Below are positions 27,923-37,886 of a stretch of 64,000 nucleotides of DNA, piece by piece. The translations under genes and the position numbers were made by a program. The stretch spans positions 5,363 to 69,362 of the forward strand of contig JAQUWF010000006.1 in the NCBI GenBank assembly GCA_028692975.1, written 5' to 3'. Numbering within the stretch: position 1 is the first letter of the stretch; each line of letters begins with the position of its first letter. The DNA is from Lachnospiraceae bacterium. Lineage in GTDB: Bacteria; Bacillota; Clostridia; Lachnospirales; Lachnospiraceae. The notes beneath the pieces were generated by a model. The model was not told the DNA's origin and made no database searches. It was given only the letters and a program-made list of their open reading frames with translations.

Positions 27923-28038
27923 TGCTTTTACCTCCTCATATTCTGAATTTTTCATATTCTTATTTTACCCCCTGCATGACCGTTTCGTCAATTCCCGTAT
28001 TGAGGCCGCGCAATCAAGCCGGTTCCCTACTCGATTTG

Positions 28039-29511
28039 TCATTTTACTTTCCGCTTTCCAAAAGAAAAGAATGCCACGAGACCCAGGAAGCAGGCCGCCA
28101 CAAAACCCCAGATAATCGTCATGGTCATACCCTGGGGCACAAACAGATCATAATAGCCTTTCAGGTAAATGATTACCACAATAAAGGGAAGGATATAGGT
28201 CATGTAGAACCGCAGTTTGCTCGATACTTTGATGCCTTTTCCCGTATTGGCTTCTTTCACGAAGTTATCCCAGCCCCATCCATACTTATGGGTACAGAAC
28301 ATGAGATAGACCAGCGACCCCAACGGCAGGATATTGTTTGATACCAGAAAATCTTCCAGATCCATGATACCAGTACCTGCGCCCAGCGGCTGAAAACCGG
28401 CCAGAATATTAAAGCCCAGCACACACGGCAGGGACAAAAGGATCACTGCCACAATGTTGACCAGAACGGTCTTTCTCCGGCTCCATCCCCATAGATCGAT
28501 AGCGAAAGAAGTAATGTTTTCGAATACGGCGATGACCGTAGACAATGCCGCAAAGGACAAAAACAGGAAGAACAGGCTGCCCCAGATCTGACCACCCGGC
28601 ATCTGATGAAAGACATTGGGCAGCGTGATAAAGATCAGTGGCGGACCTGCATCCGGCTCAATGCCGAAAGCAAAGCAGGCTGGAATCACGATAAGTCCTG
28701 CCATCAGTGCCACGAAGGTATCCAGGATCGTAATATTCAGAGTCTCCCCCGGCAGGGAACGGTCCTTGCCCAGATAACTTCCGAAAATAGCCATGGAGCC
28801 CATACCGATACTCAGGGTAAAGAACGCCTGGGACATGGCGGCAAAAATAACATTTCCGATACCATTTTCTTTCATGGCCTCAAAATCCGGTACCAGATAG
28901 AAAAGAATACCTTCCTTGGCACCGTCCAGCATGACAGAATTTACCGCAAGGATCACGATCAGCGCCAGCAGGCAGATCATCATGACCTTCGTAATCTTTT
29001 CCACGCCCTTCTGCACACCCAGGGAACAGATACCGAATGCCAGAAGGACCACCAGAATCATCCAGAAAGTCATAGTCCCCGGAGAAGCCAGCATATTGTT
29101 AAACTCCTCTGCGATCACCTCTTTGTTAATACCTGCCCCGGAAAACTGGCCCATGGCCGTACGGTAGCAATAATACAGCATCCAGCCTGCCACCATGGTA
29201 TAGAACATCATAAGCAGGTAATTGCCCGCCATGCCCAGATAGCCAAATCCATGCCACCGGCGGCCTTCCGGCTCAAGATCCCGGAAGGAAGAGGCAATGC
29301 TCTTCTTGCTGCCCCGACCTACTGAAAACTCACAGACCATAATGGGGAATCCCAGAATAACCAGGAACAGTAAATAAATCAATATAAATGCCGCACCGCC
29401 GTATTTGCCGCACATATACGGGAATTTCCATACATTTCCAAGTCCTACCGCGCAGCCTGCCGAAACCAGGATAAATCCCAGCCGGGAACCAAATTTTTCT
29501 CTTTCTTTCAT
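28039..29511 (-). CDS. sodium-dependent transporter, neurotransmitter:sodium symporter (SNF) family
   Basis: GFILVSAGCAVGLGNVWKFPY signature at the N-terminus; about 12 TM helices. Confidence 0.9.
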   Translation of the reverse strand: MKEREKFGSRLGFILVSAGCAVGLGNVWKFPYMCGKYGGAAFILIYLLFLVILGFPIMVCEFSVGRGSKKSIASSFRDLEPEGRRWHGFGYLGMAGNYLLMMFYTMVAGWMLYYCYRTAMGQFSGAGINKEVIAEEFNNMLASPGTMTFWMILVVLLAFGICSLGVQKGVEKITKVMMICLLALIVILAVNSVMLDGAKEGILFYLVPDFEAMKENGIGNVIFAAMSQAFFTLSIGMGSMAIFGSYLGKDRSLPGETLNITILDTFVALMAGLIVIPACFAFGIEPDAGPPLIFITLPNVFHQMPGGQIWGSLFFLFLSFAALSTVIAVFENITSFAIDLWGWSRRKTVLVNIVAVILLSLPCVLGFNILAGFQPLGAGTGIMDLEDFLVSNNILPLGSLVYLMFCTHKYGWGWDNFVKEANTGKGIKVSSKLRFYMTYILPFIVVIIYLKGYYDLFVPQGMTMTIIWGFVAACFLGLVAFFSFGKRKVK

Positions 29512-29529
29512 GAATATCTCGTTGCTCCT

Positions 29530-30549
29530 CTACTGTTTTTCTTTTTTCCAATATATTTCTTTCTGCCGGTCGTCCACATTCTCCACAAAACGACGTTTGA
29601 ATACCAGAAATTCCTCCAGATCCATAAGCACATGGTACAAAAGTGCTCTGCTTTCAAACTCTTCCCGGTTTTGGGGCAGATCTTCTTTTGTCATAGTATC
29701 AAAAATCTCCTGCAGCCGCTGCAGTTGTTCCTGCGGCACATTCAGTTCCTTCACATAATCCCGCATATACAGGATATAATCTGACACGATGTGCGCCTGC
29801 TCCGGCATATGCTTCATGCGCTTCATCTCATAATGCAGGTTGTGGATCACCGAGCACTGCTGGCTGCGCATCTCAAAATAATTTATGTAATACTGCGGGT
29901 GAGAGTAAAAGGTATTTTCCTGATACTCATAAGCCCCTTCTACATAATGATGCAGACGCTTTTCCAGGGCGATGATATCGTCCCACACATTCCCCTCTAA
30001 AGGTTCATTGGACAGATATGCCGCCATTTTTGTCAGAATCCGATGAAGCTGTTCCTCTGTATAAAGTATATTATTGACAATGTTGTTCTTCTGGGACTGG
30101 TACGGATGGAACAGATTCAATACGACCGCCACGGTAATACCGATCAGTACCAGATAAAGTTCATTCATAATAAATGCTTCATGGAAATCCCTGGTAGACA
30201 GAAAATGAATACCGATGACCGCATTGACCGATACGGTAGCCCGCCAGCCGATGCCCTCGCAGATCATGACCACACCGAACACAAAAAGTCCGTAAGCCAG
30301 CCATGTGCTGGAGATATAGGGAAATAGCACAGCCGCCAGCAATACGGACAACACAAAGGTTATCACACGGAAAACGGACAGACGCACCGTCTCCCACTTT
30401 GTGGTCACCAGTGTCAACAGCGTGATACTTCCTGCCGATGTGGCATAATCCAGCCTGAACATCTCCGCAATATAAATAGCGATGCAGCTGCCCACTGCGA
30501 TTTTTAATGCACTGATGAAGATTCTGATCCATCTTGCCTTCTGACTCAT
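29530..30549 (-). CDS. aromatic acid exporter (FUSC/ArAE-like, DUF939-type) family membrane protein
   Basis: N-terminal 5-6 TM region (IKIAVGSCIAIYIAEMF) plus a helical cytoplasmic domain. Start set at ATG 30549 (GGAGGTG 5 nt upstream). Confidence 0.7.
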   Translation of the reverse strand: MSQKARWIRIFISALKIAVGSCIAIYIAEMFRLDYATSAGSITLLTLVTTKWETVRLSVFRVITFVLSVLLAAVLFPYISSTWLAYGLFVFGVVMICEGIGWRATVSVNAVIGIHFLSTRDFHEAFIMNELYLVLIGITVAVVLNLFHPYQSQKNNIVNNILYTEEQLHRILTKMAAYLSNEPLEGNVWDDIIALEKRLHHYVEGAYEYQENTFYSHPQYYINYFEMRSQQCSVIHNLHYEMKRMKHMPEQAHIVSDYILYMRDYVKELNVPQEQLQRLQEIFDTMTKEDLPQNREEFESRALLYHVLMDLEEFLVFKRRFVENVDDRQKEIYWKKEKQ

Positions 30550-30681
30550 AGACACCTCCGTAGGCCCTGTGGAATTACTACTAATACAATACCAGACTTC
30601 CACCCTGCCGTCCAGATTTTATAACAAAAAATACCCCGGCAGCCTTGAAAAGCCACCGGGGCATCCTATCGTATTTGACTT

Positions 30682-31134
30682 TTATTTCTCGTACTGTTTA
30701 TCCTCAATATCTTTGAGCATATCGATACGCACCTGATGTCTTTCACCTTCAAACTCAGCTTTGATCCATTCATCCACGATCATTTTTGCCAGTTCGATAC
30801 CGATCACCCGGGCACCGAAAGCCAGAATGTTGGTGTTGTTATGCTGTCTGGAAAGTCTTGCAGAATATGGCTCGCTGCAGACTACAGCACGGATGCCGCG
30901 TACCTTGTTGGCTGATAAGGAGATGCCTACACCTGTTCCACAGATCAGGATACCTCTATCCACTTCGCCGGATACAACTGCATTTGCTACTTTTTCCCCA
31001 TAGATTGGGTAATCACAACGGTCTGTACAGTCTGTGCCATAGTTGATGACTTCATGGCCCATGCTCTCCAGATATTCTGTGATTTCTTTTTTCATTTCTA
31101 CTGCTACATGGTCATTACCGATTCCGATTTTCAT
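30682..31134 (-). CDS. rpiB: ribose-5-phosphate isomerase B / allose-6-phosphate isomerase
   Basis: MKIGIGNDHVAVEMK..., ILICGTGVGISLSANK, NNTNILAFGARV are RpiB/LacAB signatures. Start set at ATG 31134; the track ORF carries 44 spurious extra codons. Confidence 0.9.
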   Translation of the reverse strand: MKIGIGNDHVAVEMKKEITEYLESMGHEVINYGTDCTDRCDYPIYGEKVANAVVSGEVDRGILICGTGVGISLSANKVRGIRAVVCSEPYSARLSRQHNNTNILAFGARVIGIELAKMIVDEWIKAEFEGERHQVRIDMLKDIEDKQYEK

Positions 31135-31147
31135 AATCCCTGCTCCT

Positions 31148-32065
31148 CTATGCTCTTTTTTTCGCCTGCTTGAATCCGTGGATACCTGCACCGATGACGC
31201 CATTTTCCTGTCCCGGAACGGAATACACAAAGTCCAGATTTTGTTCCGGATATGGCTTTCTCGCATATTCGTGAATAGCAGTCTCTAACTGCTCCTTTGG
31301 AAATCCCGGCATCTGTACCACACCACCACCGATGATAATGTAATCCGGATCGAGAATATTGATCTCTGCCGCCACTGGAATAGCCAGGTCATGGATAAAC
31401 TTCCGGATCGCCGGATCTTCGCTGTGTTCTTTGAACACATTACCGATAAAGGCGCCGCCCAGTTCCGTATCACAGACTTCACGCAAATGCTTGCCTGATG
31501 CAAATAATTCCACACAGGAGGTATTTCCGCATCCACATTTACCCTGCACGTCTCTGGAAGGGATATGTCCCAATTCCGCTGCTGCACCGTTTTTACCGAT
31601 GAGCAGTTCCCCGTTGATGGCGATGGCATTGCCAAGGCCTGTTCCAAGATAAAATGCTGCGGTGATTCCCTCATCCGGGATACTGCCCTTGAACATATCA
31701 TGTCGAAGGAGCATGTCCACATCCGTATCTATATACGTAGGAATACCAACCTGCGCTTCTATTGTATCAACCACAGGCACATTGTCAAGACCCGCAATAT
31801 TCGGCGTAGATAAAACCACCTTGCGGTCCCGGTCTATGGTGGACGGGAAGCCCAGTGAAATACCGGCTATATTTTTACCTTTTCCCTGATCGTCCAAATA
31901 TCTTTTCACAAATAACAATAATTTGTCTGCTGCATGTTCGGCGTCCATTATCTGGGTACTGCTCTCAATGATAAAATCAGAAAGATTGTAGTCCTCACCT
32001 ACCAGGCCCGCGCGGATATTTGTTCCGCCGATATCGATGCCCAGCATATATTTTTTATCTGACAT
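31148..32065 (-). CDS. ROK family sugar kinase (AlsK-like by context)
   Basis: LGIDIGGTNIRAG ATP motif and ROK Zn motif GHI...CGCGNTSCVE. Positioned as alsK is in the E. coli als operon. Confidence 0.8.
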   Translation of the reverse strand: MSDKKYMLGIDIGGTNIRAGLVGEDYNLSDFIIESSTQIMDAEHAADKLLLFVKRYLDDQGKGKNIAGISLGFPSTIDRDRKVVLSTPNIAGLDNVPVVDTIEAQVGIPTYIDTDVDMLLRHDMFKGSIPDEGITAAFYLGTGLGNAIAINGELLIGKNGAAAELGHIPSRDVQGKCGCGNTSCVELFASGKHLREVCDTELGGAFIGNVFKEHSEDPAIRKFIHDLAIPVAAEINILDPDYIIIGGGVVQMPGFPKEQLETAIHEYARKPYPEQNLDFVYSVPGQENGVIGAGIHGFKQAKKRA

Positions 32066-32080
32066 GGTTTGCCTCCCGAA

Positions 32081-32755
32081 TCATTTTACTGCCTCTGCAT
32101 ACTGTTCAAACATCATATCACAGGCTTTGTTCAGATCCTTGTCCAGTCCGAAAAGTCCGGAAGATCCAACGATAAACACTTCCACACCTGCTTCTGTCAG
32201 GCGCTTGAAGGTATTTTTGTTGCAGGAACCATCGATCTGGATCTTGTATGTATAGCCTTTTTCCTCTTTCAGACGTTTTGCTTCTTTGATCTTGTCCAGC
32301 ATTTCCTCGATAAAGGGTTGTCCTGCGAATCCAACGTCCACGGACATGATCGTCAGCATATCCACACGTCCGAGAATATATTCTACGGAACTTAACGGTG
32401 TGGCAGGGTTCAGCACCAGTCCAGTCTTGCAGCCCAGGCTGTGGATCAGATTCATCACACGGAATGCGTCAGTATTGATGGTCTCAGCATGTGGGGAGAT
32501 ATACGCAGCACCAGCAGCTGCCAGTGTCTCAATCCAGTCGGTGGGATTGGTTGTCATCAGATGGCAGTCCATAGGTTTTGTAGCAACCTTTGCGAAGGTC
32601 TTTACAAGATCTGGTGACAGGGTAATATTTTTACAGAAATGTCCATCCATGATGTCCACGTGATACATATCTACGCGATCATTCAGGATCTCAAACTGTT
32701 CTTTCATTTTCAAAAAATCCATGCACATAAGTGATGGTGCGAATTCTGGTTTCAT
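32081..32755 (-). CDS. alsE: D-allulose-6-phosphate 3-epimerase
   Basis: PSLMCMDFLKMKEQFE...YHVDIMDGHF...LSPDLV...ATKPMDCHLM...DVGFAGQPFI...DGSCN is colinear with my recollection of E. coli AlsE. Confidence 0.85.
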   Translation of the reverse strand: MKPEFAPSLMCMDFLKMKEQFEILNDRVDMYHVDIMDGHFCKNITLSPDLVKTFAKVATKPMDCHLMTTNPTDWIETLAAAGAAYISPHAETINTDAFRVMNLIHSLGCKTGLVLNPATPLSSVEYILGRVDMLTIMSVDVGFAGQPFIEEMLDKIKEAKRLKEEKGYTYKIQIDGSCNKNTFKRLTEAGVEVFIVGSSGLFGLDKDLNKACDMMFEQYAEAVK

Positions 32756-32829
32756 AAATAATCTCCTTCATTTTTTCTTTCATTATATAGCTGTTCAATA
32801 CCTGATTAGTTACTTTATTATACTATATT

Positions 32830-33819
32830 TTACTTGTCTTTACTAGCACCAAAGAAACGGTCCAGCGTAACTGCAAGAATGATCAGGGCGCCCATTGCGA
32901 TCTGCTGATAGTAAGAAGACAGACCGACCATGTTCAGACCATTGTTGATAACACCGATGATCAGACCACCGATAACGACTTTCCATACAACACCCTGGCC
33001 ACCGAAGAAAGAAGCACCACCGATGATAACGGATGCGATGGCATATGTCTCATATCCGGTACCGGCATTGGGTTCTGCTGAACCAAGTCTTGCGATATTT
33101 ACCATACCTGCTAAGGAAGCACAAACACCTGAGATAACGAAGCAAAGCAGTTGATGTCTCTTGGTTGTGATACCTGCATAGTATGCAGAGCTTGGATTGC
33201 CGCCTAATGCGTAGATATTACGTCCGGCTCTGGTCTTCGTGGTAAAAAAGATCAGTATCAAGGCGACTATCAGGGCTATGACAATAGGCATAGGAACAAC
33301 TCCTCCTAACTTACCGCCAACGAATTGCATGAATCCGGTAGAGATGCCTGATACGGAACGTGCATCACTTAAGATGTACGTAAATCCACGGAAGATAGCC
33401 TGGGTACCTAAGGTAATGATGAATGGAGGCAGGTTTGTCAGGTTGATCAAAGAACCATTGATCGCTCCAACTACTGCTCCGAACAGGATGATACCTACTA
33501 ATACAGCGAGTACCGGCGGCCAGCCTGCCAGCATCAGTTTTGCACATACGACGCCGGATAAAGCCATGGTAGAACTTACGGATAAGTCGATACCGCCAAG
33601 GATGATGCCGAAGAATTCACCACAGGCCAGAAGGATCGTGATCGAACTCTGCTCGATGATCTTTACGAAATTGTTCGTGCTCAGGAATGCGCTTGGCTTC
33701 AGGGCACTGAATACGATTAACATTAATACAAGAATAGCAACGGTACTATAAGAACTCCAGTAATCACTGAATGTCTTTTTGGGTTTTACTGTCTGTGTTT
33801 GTTTACTCATTTTTCTCAC
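32830..33819 (-). CDS. ribose/allose-type ABC transporter permease (AlsC-like)
   Basis: 329-aa polytopic protein of the RbsC/AlsC family (GGIDLSV, LGGNPSSAYYAGI). Confidence 0.85.
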   Translation of the reverse strand: MRKMSKQTQTVKPKKTFSDYWSSYSTVAILVLMLIVFSALKPSAFLSTNNFVKIIEQSSITILLACGEFFGIILGGIDLSVSSTMALSGVVCAKLMLAGWPPVLAVLVGIILFGAVVGAINGSLINLTNLPPFIITLGTQAIFRGFTYILSDARSVSGISTGFMQFVGGKLGGVVPMPIVIALIVALILIFFTTKTRAGRNIYALGGNPSSAYYAGITTKRHQLLCFVISGVCASLAGMVNIARLGSAEPNAGTGYETYAIASVIIGGASFFGGQGVVWKVVIGGLIIGVINNGLNMVGLSSYYQQIAMGALIILAVTLDRFFGASKDK

Positions 33820-33840
33820 TCCTATTTGAATTTTCTAAGA

Positions 33841-35361
33841 TCACGTGGTTGCTGCCCGGACTAATGCTTCTTCTGTAGCTTCTAATGAAGTAAATTCTCC
33901 ATTTTTCTTGCCATCGCTAAATACAACAATCCGGTCACAGGTAGATAACAGTTCCGGCATCTCTGAGGATACAACGAGTACGCCGATGCCTCTTTCTGCC
34001 AGTGCTCTCATGAGTTTATAGATTTCTGATTTTGTACCAACATCGATACCCTTGGTAGGTTCATCAAAGATAATCAGTTTTGGATCAGATGCCATCCATT
34101 TCCCAAGGATAACCTTCTGCTGGTTACCACCGGATAATTCTGTGATCGTCTGATTTGTCGTTGCACATTTGATCTGCATTGCAGCTCTCTGCTCTTCCGC
34201 AACCTCTTGTTCCATCTTCTTATTGATCAGGCCGGTCATACCGCCGAACTTGCTCTCCTTCAGGTATTTCGCCTGGATCAGGTTCTGCTTGATCGAGAAG
34301 AATGGTGAAAATCCTGTTACACGTCTGTTTTCTGTTACCAGTGCGATACCTGCTTTCAGGGCATCATACGGGCATTTGATGTTAAGTTTTTCTCCCAGGA
34401 GTGTCATCTCGCCGGTTTTCATGGGTGCTGCTCCGAAGATTGCTTCCATAAGTTCGGTACGTCCTGCACCAACCAGTCCGGAGAATCCAAGGATCTCGCC
34501 GCGCTTGAGCTGGAAGGAAATATTCCTGCAGCGATTATCCTTGCGGGTAATATCTTTTGCCTCAAAGATGATATCATCGCCATAATCCCTGTTTGGATCC
34601 TGGAGATAAGTACCTTTGATCTCACGCCCTACCATCATGGTCACCAGCTTGTCCTCGTTCATCTCCGAGATCGGGTAAGTACCAATATACTGGCCATCCT
34701 TCAGGACGGTTACACGGTCACCGATAGCCATAACTTCGTCCAGTTTGTGGGAAATGAACACGATTCCTTTTCCCTGTTTCTTTAATCTATCAACAATTTC
34801 GAATAAATGATTGATTTCTTCTGTTGTTAAAGAAGATGTTGGCTCATCCATGATGATGACCTTCGCATCAAACGCAACAGCTTTCGCAATCTCAACCATC
34901 TGTTTCTCCGGAATAGAAAGCTGCCCTGCTCTTGTTCCCGGGCTGCGTTTCAGACCGATCTCGTCCAACACTTCCTGTGTTCTCTGCTTCATCGTCGCAT
35001 TGTCTACCAGACTTATTCCTGCAACTTTTTTTGTCAGCAATTTACCTACAAAGATATTTTCCTGAATACTGATTTCGTCAATAACACTTAATTCCTGATA
35101 AATAATACTGATCCCGTTTTCCTGGGATATTCTTGGTGTAAACCGTGGGAATTCTTTACCATTTGCTACCATGGTTCCTTCGGTCGGTTCATATGCCCCA
35201 CTCAACATTTTCATTAAAGTTGATTTTCCGGCACCGTTTTCTCCTAAGAGAACATGTACTTCTCCGGGTTGAACATCAAAATTAACTCCACTAAGCGCAG
35301 TCACACCCGGAAATTTTTTTGTAATATTTCTCATTTCAACTAAACTATTCATATGCACCAT
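33841..35361 (-). CDS. sugar ABC transporter ATP-binding protein, duplicated ATPase (AlsA/RbsA-like)
   Basis: Two ABC cassettes (GENGAGKST; LSGGNQQKV). Start set at ATG 35361 preceded by AAGGAAAAG; the track ORF starts 19 codons earlier. Confidence 0.85.
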   Translation of the reverse strand: MVHMNSLVEMRNITKKFPGVTALSGVNFDVQPGEVHVLLGENGAGKSTLMKMLSGAYEPTEGTMVANGKEFPRFTPRISQENGISIIYQELSVIDEISIQENIFVGKLLTKKVAGISLVDNATMKQRTQEVLDEIGLKRSPGTRAGQLSIPEKQMVEIAKAVAFDAKVIIMDEPTSSLTTEEINHLFEIVDRLKKQGKGIVFISHKLDEVMAIGDRVTVLKDGQYIGTYPISEMNEDKLVTMMVGREIKGTYLQDPNRDYGDDIIFEAKDITRKDNRCRNISFQLKRGEILGFSGLVGAGRTELMEAIFGAAPMKTGEMTLLGEKLNIKCPYDALKAGIALVTENRRVTGFSPFFSIKQNLIQAKYLKESKFGGMTGLINKKMEQEVAEEQRAAMQIKCATTNQTITELSGGNQQKVILGKWMASDPKLIIFDEPTKGIDVGTKSEIYKLMRALAERGIGVLVVSSEMPELLSTCDRIVVFSDGKKNGEFTSLEATEEALVRAATT

Positions 35362-35471
35362 CTTTTCCTTTTGACCACTCGTTAACGCGTTTCTTTTTTT
35401 AAGAAAGAGACCAAGCAAAGCCTGGCCTCTTCAGTTGTTCTTAAGCTATATCGGGTTTGGATTTTCCTATC

Positions 35472-36509
35472 TTAGTTTTCTGTTTCTGTTACAAGGATAG
35501 GATCAATTCTTTCGTCGATCATGTCTTTTTCGCCAGGTTTCTCACCATTCTTGTGAGCCTGAACAAGCAGTTCCAGAGATCTTGCTCCAACCTGTCCTGG
35601 ATCCTGTGCTATAGTAGCAGTCAGTTTACCAGCTTTTACAGATGCGATAGCATCACTGTTTCCGTCAGTACCAACAACGATGATGTCTTTTCCTGAGTTT
35701 TCAACAGCTTCCTGAGCGCCCATTGCCATTGTATCATTACAGCAGTAGATAGCTTTCAGGTTTTCGTTCTTGCTGATCAGGTTTGTTGCAAGGTCATATG
35801 CCTTTGTTTTATCCCAGTCTGCAGGCTGGCTGTCTACGACAGTAAGACCAGCTTTTTCGAAAGATTCCTGGCATCCTGCTTTTCTGTCTTCTCCAGATAC
35901 AGCACCGGCTTTTCCTTCGATAATAGCTACTTCATCGCCAGACTTTAATAAAGAAGCGATGTAATCACCAGCAGTATTTCCAACTATTTTATTATCTGTG
36001 GTTACGAATGATACTACAGAACCATTCTGAGCTGCCAGTGTGTCTGCGTTGATCTTTTCATCGATGTTTGCTACTAAATATCCCTCAGCGTTTGCTTCTG
36101 CTACTGTGTTAACAAGGTTAGCATCTGAAAGAGGAGCTACTGCAAATCCTACATACTCGCCAGACTGGATCATGGTCTCAAATACGTTAACCTGACCTTC
36201 CACGTCATCTTCTGAGTTAGCGCCAAGTACTTCAACTTCAACACCAAGCTCTGCTGCTTTGTCTTCAATACCCTTCTGCATAGACTGCCAGAACTCTGAA
36301 CTGAGCGTCTTTAATACGATACCATATTTCTCGCCTGCTTTTGCTGTATCTTCTGTCTTGGCAGCGTCATCTTTAGCATCTGCTGTATCTTCTGTCTTTG
36401 TATCGTCTGCCTTTTTTTCCTCTGTTGTGCCGGATGAATTTCCACACCCTACGAACAATGTTGCCACCATTGCCACTGAAAGTAATGTTGCCAGAATTCT
36501 TTTTTTCAT
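35472..36509 (-). CDS. sugar ABC substrate-binding lipoprotein (AlsB/RbsB-like)
   Basis: Lipobox LFVGCG, a Thr/Asp/Lys-rich linker, then a periplasmic-binding-protein type I fold. AAGGAGGAAG RBS. Confidence 0.8.
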   Translation of the reverse strand: MKKRILATLLSVAMVATLFVGCGNSSGTTEEKKADDTKTEDTADAKDDAAKTEDTAKAGEKYGIVLKTLSSEFWQSMQKGIEDKAAELGVEVEVLGANSEDDVEGQVNVFETMIQSGEYVGFAVAPLSDANLVNTVAEANAEGYLVANIDEKINADTLAAQNGSVVSFVTTDNKIVGNTAGDYIASLLKSGDEVAIIEGKAGAVSGEDRKAGCQESFEKAGLTVVDSQPADWDKTKAYDLATNLISKNENLKAIYCCNDTMAMGAQEAVENSGKDIIVVGTDGNSDAIASVKAGKLTATIAQDPGQVGARSLELLVQAHKNGEKPGEKDMIDERIDPILVTETEN

Positions 36510-36559
36510 TTTTTCTTCCTCCTTGGAAAATAATAAAAGTTTCTATCTATAAAAGTTCT

Positions 36560-36575
36560 ACGTAATCGATTACGT
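36560..36575. promoter_or_regulatory. LacI-family operator candidate upstream of the als-like operon
   Basis: Perfect 16-bp palindrome ACGTAATCGATTACGT, 51 nt upstream of the binding-protein start. Related copies lie at 37657-37672 (15/16) and 37786-37799. Confidence 0.6.
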
Positions 36576-36617
36576 TACGTGCACAAACTTCTATATTCTT
36601 TTTTAGCAGGTTGCCTG

Positions 36618-37625
36618 CTATTCCCCACGGGTCGATGCCCGCTTCATCAGTGTTACCGGTATGGTATAGTCCTGCTCTTTCAGTTTCTTACCGTCTATCA
36701 GGTCGATCAGCAGTTCCGCTACCAGTTTCGTCATGGCATCCGTATTCTGATGCACTGTTGTGATGCTTGGCCTGAATAAGGTCGTCGCACTGACATCATC
36801 AAATCCGGTGATTTTCATCTCCTCCGGCACTTTATAACCGGCGGCCTCTGAAGCCATGGTTGCGCCTATTGCCAGCATATCTGTGGTACACATGATTCCG
36901 TCGAAAGTAATTCCCTTCTCAAGAGCTTCGCTGACTACCTGAAAGGCATCATCGATGGCCACATTCTGAACACGCATGGTCAGGGATGGATCGATGGGGA
37001 TGTCCGCTTCATTCAAAGCGTTGCAATATCCCTTGAATCGGCCTATCTTGCTGCTCTCACCCAGCATATCTGTGATAAAAGCAATCCGTGTGCAGCCACA
37101 TTCGATCAGTTCTTTCGTCGCCATATAGCCGCCCTGAACGTTATCGGACTCTACATATACGATTCCTCTTTCGTCGTCCTGTGGACGCCTGTCGATATAG
37201 GCAGTAGGAATTCCTGTCGCCAGAGACCTTTTCTGGTAATTCACTCCGGAAATCAGGATCAGGCCACTGACACTCTGCGCGATCAATGCCTGTACTGTCT
37301 TTTCTTCCAGTGTACTTGACTCATTCGTATTGCAGATCATGGTCAGATAGCCTTCTTCAAAGAATGCCATCTGCAGTTCAAACACCAGCCTCGAATAATA
37401 TTCATTCAGAATATCCGGAACAATGATTCCAACAATGGGTGCCCGGTTGGTTCTGAGACTTTTCGCTGCGGAGTTAGGAACATAATTATACTTTTTGATC
37501 GCACTCCGGACTTTTTCTTCCGTCTCTGTGGAGTAGCCTCCATTCTGATTCATAACTCTGGAAATAGTAGCCACAGAAACTCCCGCAAGCTCAGCTATCT
37601 CTTTCATAGATAAACTCTTCTTCAT
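36618..37625 (-). CDS. LacI family transcriptional regulator
   Basis: N-terminal HTH MKEIAELAGVSVATISRVMN plus a PBP-type effector domain. Confidence 0.9.
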   Translation of the reverse strand: MKKSLSMKEIAELAGVSVATISRVMNQNGGYSTETEEKVRSAIKKYNYVPNSAAKSLRTNRAPIVGIIVPDILNEYYSRLVFELQMAFFEEGYLTMICNTNESSTLEEKTVQALIAQSVSGLILISGVNYQKRSLATGIPTAYIDRRPQDDERGIVYVESDNVQGGYMATKELIECGCTRIAFITDMLGESSKIGRFKGYCNALNEADIPIDPSLTMRVQNVAIDDAFQVVSEALEKGITFDGIMCTTDMLAIGATMASEAAGYKVPEEMKITGFDDVSATTLFRPSITTVHQNTDAMTKLVAELLIDLIDGKKLKEQDYTIPVTLMKRASTRGE

Positions 37626-37656
37626 AGGCGGGCTTCCTTTCTGTTGAAGTTGGTTA

Positions 37657-37672
37657 CGTAATGGATTACGTA
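37657..37672. promoter_or_regulatory. LacI-family operator candidate upstream of the regulator gene (autoregulation)
   Basis: ACGTAATGGATTACGT is one mismatch from the 36560 palindrome and lies 32 nt upstream of the LacI start. A weaker third copy GCGTAATCGTTTAC is at 37786-37799. Confidence 0.5.
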
Positions 37673-37886
37673 TCTCTTGTGACTATAATAATTCCCGCAG
37701 TCCCATTTGTCAATCGCTTTTATCCTTTTCGTGTATTTGCAGTAATTTTTCTCATATTTTTTGTGCATATTTACCCTTTCATTTGCGTAATCGTTTACAT
37801 TTTATCAAAGTTTTAAGGCAACTCCCTATGGTATTTCGTGAAATACCGGGGGAATTGCCTTAGTATCGATATCTTCTCCTGCTTTC

